In this document: positions 30,201 through 38,787 of the stretch, piece by piece
Numbering within the stretch: position 1 is the first letter of the stretch
How the letters are laid out: every line of letters starts with the position of its first letter
NCBI GenBank assembly: GCA_965228735.1
Contig: OZ245838.1
Coordinates: forward strand, 1,856,001-1,920,000
DNA from: Planctomycetota bacterium
GTDB lineage: Bacteria > Planctomycetota > UBA1135 > UBA2386
Direction: 5' to 3'
Length of the DNA: 64,000 nt
Position numbers and translations under genes: made by a program
Notes under the pieces: model-generated
What the model saw: the letters and a program-made list of their open reading frames with translations, nothing else
The model's database searches: none
What the model was told of the DNA's origin: nothing

Positions 30201-30556
30201 ACCACCCTGGCGAAACCGGCGCGCTGCGTGCCGGTCGGCTCGTCCCCGAACTCGAGGTGCACCAGCCGCAGGGTGGCGCCGACCAGGTCGTTGGTGCCGA
30301 AGAACTCGGCAACGGTGATGATCGACTGTTCGCCGACCGCGCCGTGCGGCTGCCCCGGCGTCACCGGGTCGATCGACAGCACCGTGATGTCGTAGCCGGC
30401 CGGGCGCAGCTGCAGGTGCGGCGCCTCGTCGAAGCCCTCGCGATCGCGGTGACCCCAGGGCCGAGCGTTGGACTGGCCCCACCCAACGATCGCGATCTCG
30501 CGGTCCTTGGGCAGGTTGGCGGCGAACTTGAGCATGTCGAACCGTTCGCCGGCCAC
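27290..30556 (-). CDS. SGNH/SASA esterase domain fused to tail adaptor (tubular protein A-like)
   Basis: GQSN, QGE and DPLH motifs; C-terminal ~200 aa VELCNQALKHLG...WSFA...YAYAMP. Confidence 0.8.
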   Translation of the reverse strand: MAGERFDMLKFAANLPKDREIAIVGWGQSNARPWGHRDREGFDEAPHLQLRPAGYDITVLSIDPVTPGQPHGAVGEQSIITVAEFFGTNDLVGATLRLVHLEFGDEPTGTQRAGFARVVANATVFTGSVFALQLTVEWLAPLEPDSQAAVTFSDAGGDLQVDAAAHGRSNGDAVRFWTDDLLPSTLSRRKTYYVVNANVNDYQVAETEGGTPIAFAGDAAGAHFFALADVAIENLAGYVHFNDRWKSYANVRVLMPYQPETPGDYPEGAPDIPGYDHPAEVDSYAKCGVFREFAWEEGVEGIGAVGDATGVSVDATSMTVAGAAWKVGMFDGAEVRCGNARATIGENSAGQLTGLEWIPAAPTGDLEWEIHVPHYRDNPNHSNPGKGFRYPANDMQPGGTSALSAGTTYNRPSGVLTRSYVGREAIFASVNQAINLSEVAETRATDGLWLSASLSGNKLRITTQNAGVSNPGTGAIQFEDFARVGHLVALGGWGGTVNGIEVTRTYRVTAMNPSDPGQSWIELEETNGDPITSVDVWPFVHRKTVFQHAIDNSVAFQNDDGEAVDHDLSVDDEVAFSITGCPAELTPGTTYYVRTVPASDRITVAATPGGAEIVFTSSPTGGEAFFLEQPATVTASKVTWIPAHRFGSMINMAWQLSTMLGRRVNVIHLGVNSSGQFLRSSNNAFGFQGQLGWWDDDQNLDWTPGNPTGNAARLQAMLEMAPHALTAEGNDKRLAIVGAYGFQGEAETLVEAGRELYHRSLPAFYRWLRKTIFDLGISAYDDLLELPFCHAKLPSFPWEAEGEFYGQTVVADTEGLVNQAIEQLTYRDPFGSTIETEDHPKLDGTTLFGEDPLHFNGVGEARNGEKVAGKLAVSINAALMQQDETGAVELCNQALKHLGHTVRIESLKDETPEAQACAEFFEMSRDTLLEMRNWSFAQDRTELVEVQNPVKYYQYAYAMPPNVARPRAVVPPGVTGDLRDVNPDDYPFAVEVDDDGYEVIYSDVKDAHLFFTLYMSDVSLMSDLFRLAWSWHLASLLAGPVVGGDEGIRRGENAARMVSRYLPPAQELDGRHRRVHPEHKATHLRKRH

Positions 30557-30606
30557 CGATCAAGCCGCAGCGCGAGGGCCGGCTGCGCTCGCGCTGCGGG
30601 GGTTGA

Positions 30607-31128
30607 TCAGAACCCGGTGTTGGCCTCGACCGCGCGCCAGTTCGGCGGCGTGTAGACCAACTGGGCGTCCATCATGCCGGCGGTCCACGGGTTGCCCGGC
30701 GCGGCCGCGTTGTAGCAGACGGGTGCGAGGTAGCGCGTCCGACCGTCCGCACCCTGAGCACCAGCCGCCAGGTAGTAGTGCGGACGCGGCAGCGGCACAT
30801 AGTACGGCTTCAGGTCGGGATCGCCGACCGTCAGCGCAAGCCCGGCAACGAGCCACGGCGTCGCCGCCGCGCCGCCCGTCAGGATCGGCAGGTACGTGTT
30901 CACGTCGTTGGTCGGATCGTCAGGATCCGACGTGAACGCGAACCCCATCTGCAGCCGCGCACTCGCGCCCACAAACGTCTCGGACACCGTGAACTTGAGG
31001 GCGATCTCGAGGCCACGGTTGGCCGCAAGGTCGCGCTCGACCCGGAGGTCGAGGGGTTCGCCGAAGTTCCAGAGGTTGGCGTTGCCGCAGTCGATCGTTC
31101 CGAAGTCGTGGAGTGAGTCGAGAATCAT
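30607..31128 (-). CDS. Capsid cement/decoration protein (Bbp16-like)
   Basis: MILDSL start, ...RYL...TAG.. pattern, near the capsid gene. Confidence 0.65.
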   Translation of the reverse strand: MILDSLHDFGTIDCGNANLWNFGEPLDLRVERDLAANRGLEIALKFTVSETFVGASARLQMGFAFTSDPDDPTNDVNTYLPILTGGAAATPWLVAGLALTVGDPDLKPYYVPLPRPHYYLAAGAQGADGRTRYLAPVCYNAAAPGNPWTAGMMDAQLVYTPPNWRAVEANTGF

Positions 31129-31616
31129 TGGTCATCCCCCGCGTTGCCGGCGCCGAGCCCCTCGGTGTTCGCCAGTTCCTGTTCCTGGGCCGCAGCCCGC
31201 CTTTCCTGCTCCCGGCGGGCCTGCTCCTGCAGAGCCCGCACGGCCTTGGGCGACTGCCCCGCCATCACGCTCGCATCGAGCGGGCGCATCACGCCGCGCG
31301 AATCCGGACGCCCGCCGAGCAGGCGCTCCTTGCGAGCCTGCGCGATGGAGAGGCACCACTCGGGCACCTTGTCGCCGTGGCGCAGGTAGAAGATCTCGCC
31401 AGCGCGCACGCGCTGGGAGTAGTACGAGCCCTCGGTGCGCGCCATGACGCGCACCTTCTCGGGCACCTTCGCGGGAGCAGCGGGCTGCCCCTGCGCAGCG
31501 TCGGAGCCAACCGGCGCGGCCGGATCGCCGCCCGGCAGCGGGCCGTCGGACGTCGCCGCGGCCTGCTGCTCCGCGTTCGGCGCGGCGTTCGCCGCGCCCT
31601 TCTTCTTGGTTGCCAT
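31125..31616 (-). CDS. Hypothetical virion-associated protein
   Basis: Between capsid and cement genes; VRVMARTEGSYYSQRVRAGEIF. Confidence 0.6.
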   Translation of the reverse strand: MATKKKGAANAAPNAEQQAAATSDGPLPGGDPAAPVGSDAAQGQPAAPAKVPEKVRVMARTEGSYYSQRVRAGEIFYLRHGDKVPEWCLSIAQARKERLLGGRPDSRGVMRPLDASVMAGQSPKAVRALQEQARREQERRAAAQEQELANTEGLGAGNAGDDQ

Positions 31617-31635
31617 CTTGGGTTCCTCCGATGGA

Positions 31636-32655
31636 TCAGGCGGCGTTCTGGACCAGGGTTTCGCCCGCGTTCAGCGCGTCGCAGCGCCGGACCGGCAGTT
31701 CGTCGAGCATGAGCACGCGCTTGCCCGCAACCATCTCCCAGCTCAGGGTCGAGCCGCGGATGGCGTTCGTCGCCTGGCGGCGGAACCACGAGCGGCCGCG
31801 CGCGTTGCAGTACAGCGCCTTCCGCGTGACCGCGCCCTGCGGCAGCATCTCGATGGCCTCCGAGACCATGTCGAGCAGATCGGCGCCGGCGCTCGCGTCC
31901 TTGGTCAGACCAGCCTGGTCGTACTGGATGCGGACGATGTAGCGCCAATCGGGGACCGCGAGGCCGGTTTCCCAGCAGAAGTAGCTCTGGTAGCCCTCGT
32001 ACTGGCCGCCGCCGTCCTTGGTGGTGACCGAGTAGTCGGCCTGCAGGGTCTTCTGACCCTGGAACTGCATGTCCAGCCCGGCCTTGCTGCCCTCGGGGTA
32101 GATCAGGTGGACGGAGCTCGGGCCCCAGCCGATCACCCACATCGAGCGCCACTGCGGCGAACCGCTCGCGGGGCCGACGATGATGTTCGAGCCGTTGGGC
32201 GCGTTCTTGTCGTCGAACCGCGGCAGCAGCCCGGTGAACTGCGCGTCGTCGGTGTCCTCGTTGCCGCGGAAGATCGTGCCGGCGATCTCGATCCCGAACG
32301 CGTGCATCTTGTCCGCGTTCTGGACCAGCATGAACTGCGCCGGATCCTTGGCCTTGTCGACGAGCTTCTTGTCGGCCTGGAAGTAGTCCGTGAGCTCGCC
32401 GCAACCGTCACGCACCTGCGTGGTGCTGCCGGTCGACGGCTGCACGCCGCCGTAGAGCTTGCGCCACGTCGGCTGCGAGTAGCCGGTCCGAAGGTTCGTC
32501 AGGTTGGTCGAACCATCGTTCGCCTCGAGCATCACCGCCTCTTCGAGGACGTCGTTCTCCTCGGCGATGATCTCCATGACCCGACCGATCTTGCCGTCGG
32601 GTCCCTCCAGTGCCTTGAGGTCCGAAAGGGTCGGCCTCGTGTTGGAAAGTGCCAT
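31636..32655 (-). CDS. Major capsid protein (BPP-1-like)
   Basis: WRKLYGGVQPS, FTGLLPRF, GLAVPDWRYIVRI, PVRRCDAL; GGGAGGG RBS. Confidence 0.9.
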   Translation of the reverse strand: MALSNTRPTLSDLKALEGPDGKIGRVMEIIAEENDVLEEAVMLEANDGSTNLTNLRTGYSQPTWRKLYGGVQPSTGSTTQVRDGCGELTDYFQADKKLVDKAKDPAQFMLVQNADKMHAFGIEIAGTIFRGNEDTDDAQFTGLLPRFDDKNAPNGSNIIVGPASGSPQWRSMWVIGWGPSSVHLIYPEGSKAGLDMQFQGQKTLQADYSVTTKDGGGQYEGYQSYFCWETGLAVPDWRYIVRIQYDQAGLTKDASAGADLLDMVSEAIEMLPQGAVTRKALYCNARGRSWFRRQATNAIRGSTLSWEMVAGKRVLMLDELPVRRCDALNAGETLVQNAA

Positions 32656-32678
32656 GCGTCAAACCCCTCCCTGGGGCC

Positions 32679-33371
32679 CTATTTCTTGCCTACGTCACCA
32701 AACAGGATGTCGGCGGTGCGGCGTTCCCCGCCCGCTCCGCCGGCGCCGACGACCAACGAGTCGTCTTCGCTGACCAGGTCTCCGGCCTTCGCGAGTGCCT
32801 TCAGCACCTGCAGGTTGCTGCCGAGTCCCGTGGTCTTGAGCAGACCGGACAGCTCTCCGCTCGGATCGAGCGCCTTCAGGGCGCGGCCGACCTTGCCGAG
32901 GTTGCTCTTGAGGTTGTCGCCTCCGAACTCCGGGTCGTTCCGGGTCTCGTTGAGCATCTCGTCGTGCTGCTTGCGCATCGCCTCGAGCTGCTGCTCGGCG
33001 ACCTGCTGCTGCACCACGGGCGCCATGGTGTCGATCACCATCTGCGCGTTGTCCTGCGTCAGGTTGAGCTTGCGCGCGACCTGCTCGGAGAAGTGCTCGA
33101 GCACCTGACCGCCGAGCTCGCTGCCGTCGGGGGCAGTCAGCTCGTAGGTCTCGGGTGCACCGGGCGCCGCCTCTCCGTCGCCGTCTTGCGTCTGCTCACC
33201 GGCCTCGGGCGGCTGTTCGCCGCCTTCCTGGCCGCCTTCGGCAGGTTGCTGTCCCTGCTCGCCTGACTGCTCTCCCGATCCCTCCGAGGAATCGAGCAGC
33301 GTGGCCAGGCCGTTGTCCGTGCCACCGTCGCTGTTTGGTGTTTCGGTCGGGTTTGGCTGCGGCTCACTCAT
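32679..33371 (-). CDS. Capsid scaffolding protein
   Basis: Acidic disordered N-terminus, PETYEL, DPEFGG, TGLGSN, C-terminal TADILFG; directly upstream of MCP. Confidence 0.75.
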   Translation of the reverse strand: MSEPQPNPTETPNSDGGTDNGLATLLDSSEGSGEQSGEQGQQPAEGGQEGGEQPPEAGEQTQDGDGEAAPGAPETYELTAPDGSELGGQVLEHFSEQVARKLNLTQDNAQMVIDTMAPVVQQQVAEQQLEAMRKQHDEMLNETRNDPEFGGDNLKSNLGKVGRALKALDPSGELSGLLKTTGLGSNLQVLKALAKAGDLVSEDDSLVVGAGGAGGERRTADILFGDVGKK

Positions 33372-33676
33372 TCGTCTCGCTCCTTCAGCATCTCCGCGTA
33401 GAGCTCAATGCACGTCGTACGCGCGAGCCGTTCGATCCGTCGCCCCAGCTTCTGCTCTCCGAGCTGCATGTACGTCGTCAGGGCGTTGGAGCCGTAGGCG
33501 ACGTTGTCGAGATCGCTCTCGCTCAGAATCCAGGCGACGAACGCGCGGCCTTGCGGCGTGCTCATCTGCGAACGAAGCAGTTCGATGACCCGCTGTTGCT
33601 TCGCCTGCTCGCGCTTGGCCTTGTCGGCCTGCGCCAGCTGGCGTTCGTCGCGGTTCAACGGGCGTCGCTCGCTCAT
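33368..33676 (-). CDS. Bbp19-like small head-module protein
   Basis: MSTPQGRAFVAWIL...GEQKLG. Confidence 0.65.
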   Translation of the reverse strand: MSERRPLNRDERQLAQADKAKREQAKQQRVIELLRSQMSTPQGRAFVAWILSESDLDNVAYGSNALTTYMQLGEQKLGRRIERLARTTCIELYAEMLKERDE

Positions 33677-33686
33677 GACGCCCGGA

Positions 33687-33723
33687 ACGCTAGGCCAGGG
33701 TGGGTGCCTTACGGTTACACCCC
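33687..33723 (-). promoter_or_regulatory. Putative late promoter, copy 1
   Basis: GGGGTGTAACCGTAA-N14-CCTAGCGT, 10 nt before the ATG at 33676. Confidence 0.7.
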
Positions 33724-33743
33724 GGCCCTTCGCCCGTGCCGGG

Positions 33744-35480
33744 TTAGACGCCGATCCCCAGCCCGCTGGTCATCCGCGTCTGGCGCCGGCCACCCGGAGC
33801 CGGCCCGCCCCCACCCCCAACCGAGTACTCGAACGCGCCGGCATCCGGCGCCACCAGGTCTCGGATGTCGTGCCCGATCGCGTCGTAGTCGTCGAGCACC
33901 GGCACCGGCGTGCCATAGCCAATCGCAGGTGACGTCGCCTGCAGATTCCAGTCCGTTGCCGAAACGAACAGCGGATCGACGTCCTCGAGGTTGTTCGAAG
34001 CCGTGACCGGCGAGCCGCCAGAGACCGACGTCGACGTCGCGTTCGGGCAGTACAGCAGGTTGTTGCGCACGAGCACGCTGGTGTCGGATGCCGCGACGTG
34101 GATCATCCGCGTGTTCGCCAGCACCTCCGTCGTGTGCAGCGTGTTGTGGTAGAACACCACGTCGCGGGGGTTCGGCGTGCCCGCGCCAATCTGATCGACG
34201 CGCACCCACTGGATCTCCAGCAGGTTCGTCGAGTCGTTCACGATGAACCGGTTGTTCCGGATCGTGCAGCCGTCATTGTTGACTTGGATCGGCGTCGGGT
34301 AGGCGTTGTCGCGGTGCAGCACCTCGAGGTCGTTCCGCTCGACGATGACATCCTCGACGCGGTTGTCTTGACCCGACGAAGCCGAGCCGAACGCCATGCA
34401 CCAGGCCGTGCGGTGCGTGAAGTAGTTACCCTGGATCACGTAGTGCCGCGACGTCGTGGTCGCGTCGACGTGCGACTTGCTGTGCAGCTTGATCGACAGC
34501 TTGTCGGCCTGCGCGTTCGCGAGGTTGCAGCCGGACACCACAACACGCTCGCCGAACGGGAAGCGCAGCAGGTGCTCGGTCGTGATATCTGCGAAGTTGC
34601 AGTTCAGGATCGCGCCGTCGCGAGCCGAGAAGTAGGCGCCGTACTGCGTGCCGCCAGGGTGATCGCAGTTCGCAATGCAAACGCCGTGGCAGATGTCGAC
34701 GGCGAAGAAGTCCGGCGTCTCATGGCCGAAGCCGTAGCACTGCGAGAACTCGCTCGCGCGGATGTGCGAGAACAGCAGATCATCGCCACGGTAGCTGAGG
34801 TTGAACAGCTTTCCGGGCGTGCCGCCGTTGATGTAGTCGAACTCGACGTCCACGAACCGGAGGTCGTCGCATTCGATGGTGCTGCCGCCGTTGCCGATCT
34901 GGACGACCGAATCGTCGGTCTGCACCTGCACGATCGGGTTGTTGTCGAAGATCCCGCGGACGTCGGGGTTGGTGCCCGTTCCGAAGGCGCCGATCGACAC
35001 CGGGGCTCCAGTGCCAGCACAGGTCACGCCGCTCGTCTGCAGGAAGCTATCGCCGCGCTTCATCAACAGCCGCCTGTCCGTGGCGTAGTAGCTCATCACG
35101 GTGTTGAAGCTCGACGTCGTGACCTGCGTCGCTCCGGCCGGAGCTCCGGTGAAGTCCGCGGTATTCGAGAAGCAGATCGTCTTCGTCCCCGCGAACACCA
35201 CGTCGGGGTCGGTCACCGTAATCACGACGTTCTGGGTCACGAACGAGCCGTCCGGCTCGGCGACGAGCAGCCGCACGGTGTAGGTGCCCGGCGTGCGGTA
35301 CACGTGCGCGGCGACCGCGCTGCTCGCGTGCCGCAGGTTATCGTCCATGTCCCAGTCGAACGTCAGCTCGTGGAACGGCCGCGTGGTCACCGTGCTCGTC
35401 GTGCCCGTGGCGTTGAAGTGGACGCTCAGCGGAGCGACGCCGGTGACCCGGCTCGTCGCCAAGGACACGGTGATCGCCAT
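33744..35480 (-). CDS. PKD + right-handed beta-helix protein, putative head fibre
   Basis: APLSVHF...HVYRTPGTYTVRL (PKD); Asn-rich beta-helix; DPLFV...SPAIG...DAGAFEY. Confidence 0.75.
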   Translation of the reverse strand: MAITVSLATSRVTGVAPLSVHFNATGTTSTVTTRPFHELTFDWDMDDNLRHASSAVAAHVYRTPGTYTVRLLVAEPDGSFVTQNVVITVTDPDVVFAGTKTICFSNTADFTGAPAGATQVTTSSFNTVMSYYATDRRLLMKRGDSFLQTSGVTCAGTGAPVSIGAFGTGTNPDVRGIFDNNPIVQVQTDDSVVQIGNGGSTIECDDLRFVDVEFDYINGGTPGKLFNLSYRGDDLLFSHIRASEFSQCYGFGHETPDFFAVDICHGVCIANCDHPGGTQYGAYFSARDGAILNCNFADITTEHLLRFPFGERVVVSGCNLANAQADKLSIKLHSKSHVDATTTSRHYVIQGNYFTHRTAWCMAFGSASSGQDNRVEDVIVERNDLEVLHRDNAYPTPIQVNNDGCTIRNNRFIVNDSTNLLEIQWVRVDQIGAGTPNPRDVVFYHNTLHTTEVLANTRMIHVAASDTSVLVRNNLLYCPNATSTSVSGGSPVTASNNLEDVDPLFVSATDWNLQATSPAIGYGTPVPVLDDYDAIGHDIRDLVAPDAGAFEYSVGGGGGPAPGGRRQTRMTSGLGIGV

Positions 35481-35492
35481 GACGCGCCCCTC

Positions 35493-35765
35493 TCAGTAGC
35501 CGACCGCGAAGTCGGAAGCCGTCGTGTTCGTCTGCATGATCCGCTTCGGACGGAACGGCAGAACTGTGCCGTCAGGGACATTCAGGAATGGCACGATCTC
35601 GTCGTCAAACGACATCAGGTAGACGTTGCCTCCGGTGCCGACGTAGACGCACTCCGGAGTCGGAACGAGGTCGGCACTGTCGCTGACGCCCACCGCTGCA
35701 AAGGCCGACGACGTGCCGCCCCGACCACGACCGGGATACCCCGGGTCACTCGTTGGAGCCCCCAT
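35493..35765 (-). CDS. Head-spike base protein (RcGTA Rcc01079-like)
   Basis: SDSADL...VYVGTGGNV...NVPDGTVLPFRPKRIMQTNTTA. Confidence 0.7.
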   Translation of the reverse strand: MGAPTSDPGYPGRGRGGTSSAFAAVGVSDSADLVPTPECVYVGTGGNVYLMSFDDEIVPFLNVPDGTVLPFRPKRIMQTNTTASDFAVGY

Positions 35766-35766
35766 C

Positions 35767-36081
35767 TCAGCCCCCCTTGCCCTGCTCGAGCAGCGCGATG
35801 ATCGCGGCCAACGTCCCTGGCTCGAGCTCCTGCAGCGCGAGCAGCTCGTCGACGTCGACCAGGTGGTCGCCGTTCTTGTCGAGGACCGGGATGAGCTCGG
35901 GCCGCTCTTCGGCGAGGTACTCGGTCGCCTTCAGTGCCACGAACGCCCTGCTCAACTCCTCCGCGAGCCCCTGCAGGTTCGTCGCGCGGCCGCCGCTCGA
36001 CTCGCACGAGCAAAGCAGCAGCGACAGCGGGATCAGAAGAAGCAGCGCCAGACGCCGCACGTATCGGTAGATCGGGTTCAT
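35767..36081 (-). CDS. Predicted lipoprotein with EF-hand-like loop
   Basis: Signal peptide ending LLCSC; DKNGDHLVDVDEL. Confidence 0.6.
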   Translation of the reverse strand: MNPIYRYVRRLALLLLIPLSLLLCSCESSGGRATNLQGLAEELSRAFVALKATEYLAEERPELIPVLDKNGDHLVDVDELLALQELEPGTLAAIIALLEQGKGG

Positions 36082-36359
36082 CGGTTCCCGAGGGCCTTCA
36101 GCACCTCGTCGTAGAGCTCACGGTTTCGGGTCAACGTGCCCGCCATCACCGTTTCGTGGCGGGCATTGATCTCGATCAGTTGGGCCTCGTGGCGTGCGTT
36201 GATCGCGTCCAGCTGGGCCTCATGGCGCGCTGACTGCGCGTCCATCTGCTTGGCGTGCGCCTCGGTGATCCGCTCGAGGTACTTCAGCGCGTGGAGCACC
36301 AGGAACACGATCGCCGCGATCCCCGGCATCTGCTTCGCGATCTCGACGAGCAGGTCCAT
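36078..36359 (-). CDS. Holin-like single-TM coiled-coil protein
   Basis: MDLLVEIAKQMPGIAAIVFLVLHAL then three ARHE repeats; TGATG and ATGA overlaps. Confidence 0.55.
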   Translation of the reverse strand: MDLLVEIAKQMPGIAAIVFLVLHALKYLERITEAHAKQMDAQSARHEAQLDAINARHEAQLIEINARHETVMAGTLTRNRELYDEVLKALGNR

Positions 36360-36748
36360 CAGATGCCCACCAGGATGCGCGCGCGGTAGCGCGCGGTGTA
36401 GACGACTGCCATGACCGACCAGAACGCCACGCCGACGTGGCCAATCGTGAACAGGTGGTACGGTGCCCACCAGAACGCGACGACGTTCTCGACGATGTGC
36501 ATCAGGCCGCACGCCATGATGAACGAACCGTAGACCTGACGGGCGTGCAGACTCTGCTCCGGAGTCAGGCGCGCAAGGTGTGTCGCCGACTCTGCGCCAG
36601 GCATGCGCAGGATCCACCGAATCGCGAAGTAGCTCACGCCGGTCGCGAGGTTGGCCATGATGTAGACCCACTCGAACAGCAGGTTCCACTCCATGCAGCA
36701 GCCGCGGGTCGAGCCGGTGCGCAGCAGCATCTCGAACAACATCTGCAT
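36359..36748 (-). CDS. Stand-alone ethylene-receptor-like three-TM domain
   Basis: GCCMEW...ANLATGVSYFAI...YGSFIMACGLMH...WWAPY matches the ETR1-type sensor domain. Confidence 0.75.
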   Translation of the reverse strand: MQMLFEMLLRTGSTRGCCMEWNLLFEWVYIMANLATGVSYFAIRWILRMPGAESATHLARLTPEQSLHARQVYGSFIMACGLMHIVENVVAFWWAPYHLFTIGHVGVAFWSVMAVVYTARYRARILVGI

Positions 36749-36751
36749 GCT

Positions 36752-38455
36752 TCAGACCCCCGCAGCCGAGAGAGCTCCCAGCGCTTCGTTCGCCGCGTTC
36801 GCATCGCCACCCGTCGGCACACCGGCCAGGTCCCGCATCGTCTTCGCCTGCACCGCACCAGCCTCGATCTGCGCCTGCGCCGCCTGCGCGTCGGCGCGCG
36901 CCTTGCGCACCACCGCGACCTGCTGCCCGCCGTGCACATGCTCGGGATCGACCCCCATCCGATCCGCCACGCGATCGGCGATCGAATCGGCGTTCACCTT
37001 GTCGGTGACGTCCCTGCGGAAGTCCGCCAGGATCCCGACCGTGCCGAGCCACCGCTCGGTCGAGCGCGTCTCGTAGGCCTGCTGCGCCTGCGCCAGCAGC
37101 GAAACGAACTCGATGTTCAGCTCGTGCCCGACTAGGTCCGGCGGCGGCGGCGGGATCTCGCCAGCCTCGGCCAACCGCAGGAACGCGTTGTCGACGAGCG
37201 GCTCGAGCAGCTCGTTGTGCGTCCGCTGCAGCATCGGGCCGAGCATCAGCATCTTCTCTTCCTGCAGCTGGCTGACCTCGAACTTCGTCCGCTCCTGGTT
37301 CGTGGTGTTGGCCAGCAGCAGGAACATGTCGACGTTCATCGCGCGGTTGATCCGCTGCTGCACGTCGAGAAGGTCCGCCCGCAGTTCCCCGAACGGGATG
37401 TTCGGCTCGAACAGCGGCTTGATGCCGCCGTTGGGGTGCGGCGTGTCGACCGGGTTCCAGCCGCCCGGCAGCGAGTCGATCTCGTGACCGTCGACGCGGG
37501 TCGGCCCCTGCAGCGACGGATCGAGGTAGAGGTCGATCGCGTTGCCCTTCTGCAGCTGCTCGTGATTGAGCTGCCGCATGTCGCCGAGCGCCTGCATGCC
37601 GGGCCCGTAGCCGTAGATGTCGCCGCCGTAGGTCCACCACCTCGGTACCACCGCGGGGAACTCGCGGAAGCCGCCGACCTTCAGCAGCCCGTCAGTCCCG
37701 TCGTTGCCGTTGAGCTCGAAGTAGACCGACTCGAACGCCATGTCCTCGCGGTGCGGGCTGGCCTTGTCGCGCTTCATGCGCGGTTCGATGGCGTGGCAGA
37801 CCGGGACCCACTCGTCGTAGTGCTGCCGGTTCCACTTCTCCTTCGTCCCCTGCGAGCAGTTCTCGAGCCCGAACTGCTCGACCAGCGCGTGCACCGGCAT
37901 CTCGAACTCGCGGTAGATCGTGTTGATCAGGCCGTCCCAAGACGCCCCGACCGAATACTCGCCGATCGTCAGAGGGTGCAGGTGGATCAGGTTCTTCGGG
38001 TGCGGAACGATGATCCCGGCCCCGGTCCCGAACGCGCCCTCCTCCTGGAAGATGTTGTGCAGGCCGTGGTAGACGTTGCTCTTCTGGAACAGCCGCAGGA
38101 TCCGCTCGGTGACCGCGTACAGCCACTTCTTGACCGGCCGGAACTTGTTCAGGCTCGGGTCCGCGGTCGCCATGCGGATCCACGGCATCGTGCTCGGGGC
38201 CGCGCCTGCCATGAGGCCTGCGGTCTGCACCTGCAGCGACCAGTGCGGCGTGCTGTCGTAGATCGCGTGATCGCGGCGGTGGCCCTTGTTGCGGTCCTGA
38301 ATGAAGAACCGGCCCGCGCGCGGCAGCAGAACCTCGCTGATGTCCTTCCAGTGCGGATCCCAGGTGCTGCGCTCGTTCTTGAGCACGTCCAGGCGCTTCC
38401 GCTTCTGCTTCCGGTCCGGCAGGTTGCGCGCGCGGTATCCCTCGACGTCCACCAT
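36752..38455 (-). CDS. Portal (head-tail connector)
   Basis: IYDST, FGTG, VPRWW...YGYGPGMQALGD, TKFEV, EFVSLLAQAQ. Confidence 0.9.
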   Translation of the reverse strand: MVDVEGYRARNLPDRKQKRKRLDVLKNERSTWDPHWKDISEVLLPRAGRFFIQDRNKGHRRDHAIYDSTPHWSLQVQTAGLMAGAAPSTMPWIRMATADPSLNKFRPVKKWLYAVTERILRLFQKSNVYHGLHNIFQEEGAFGTGAGIIVPHPKNLIHLHPLTIGEYSVGASWDGLINTIYREFEMPVHALVEQFGLENCSQGTKEKWNRQHYDEWVPVCHAIEPRMKRDKASPHREDMAFESVYFELNGNDGTDGLLKVGGFREFPAVVPRWWTYGGDIYGYGPGMQALGDMRQLNHEQLQKGNAIDLYLDPSLQGPTRVDGHEIDSLPGGWNPVDTPHPNGGIKPLFEPNIPFGELRADLLDVQQRINRAMNVDMFLLLANTTNQERTKFEVSQLQEEKMLMLGPMLQRTHNELLEPLVDNAFLRLAEAGEIPPPPPDLVGHELNIEFVSLLAQAQQAYETRSTERWLGTVGILADFRRDVTDKVNADSIADRVADRMGVDPEHVHGGQQVAVVRKARADAQAAQAQIEAGAVQAKTMRDLAGVPTGGDANAANEALGALSAAGV

Positions 38456-38458
38456 GCG

Positions 38459-38785
38459 CTACTCCCCGAGTAGAGTGGTGCGGCCGAGACGGAGCCGCGA
38501 GCGGTCGACGCCGCCTGGCCCCGTCAGAAAGGAACTCCCCAGTCCCCCGAGCTCGTCTTGTTCGCTGGTGGCGAGCAGCGCGGCGAGGTTCGGGCGACTG
38601 CGCCGCTCCTCGGCGATCTCGCGTTGTGCGGCCTCGCGGCGTGCGGCGCTGGCCTCGCCCGTGGCGCGGTCCTGCGCGAGCGCCTGGCGCTTGTTCGCGC
38701 GCTGCTGCTGGTTCTGCGCCTGGTGCTGGTTGGCGGCGCTCGCCGCCGAGATCAGCAGCCCGAATGCCGGGATCGCCTGCGCCAT
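38459..38785 (-). CDS. Small virion protein (start 38785)
   Basis: Ends LTGPGGVD...RTTLLG, typical of the pre-portal gene in podoviruses. Confidence 0.65.
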   Translation of the reverse strand: MAQAIPAFGLLISAASAANQHQAQNQQQRANKRQALAQDRATGEASAARREAAQREIAEERRSRPNLAALLATSEQDELGGLGSSFLTGPGGVDRSRLRLGRTTLLGE

Positions 38786-38787
38786 GG

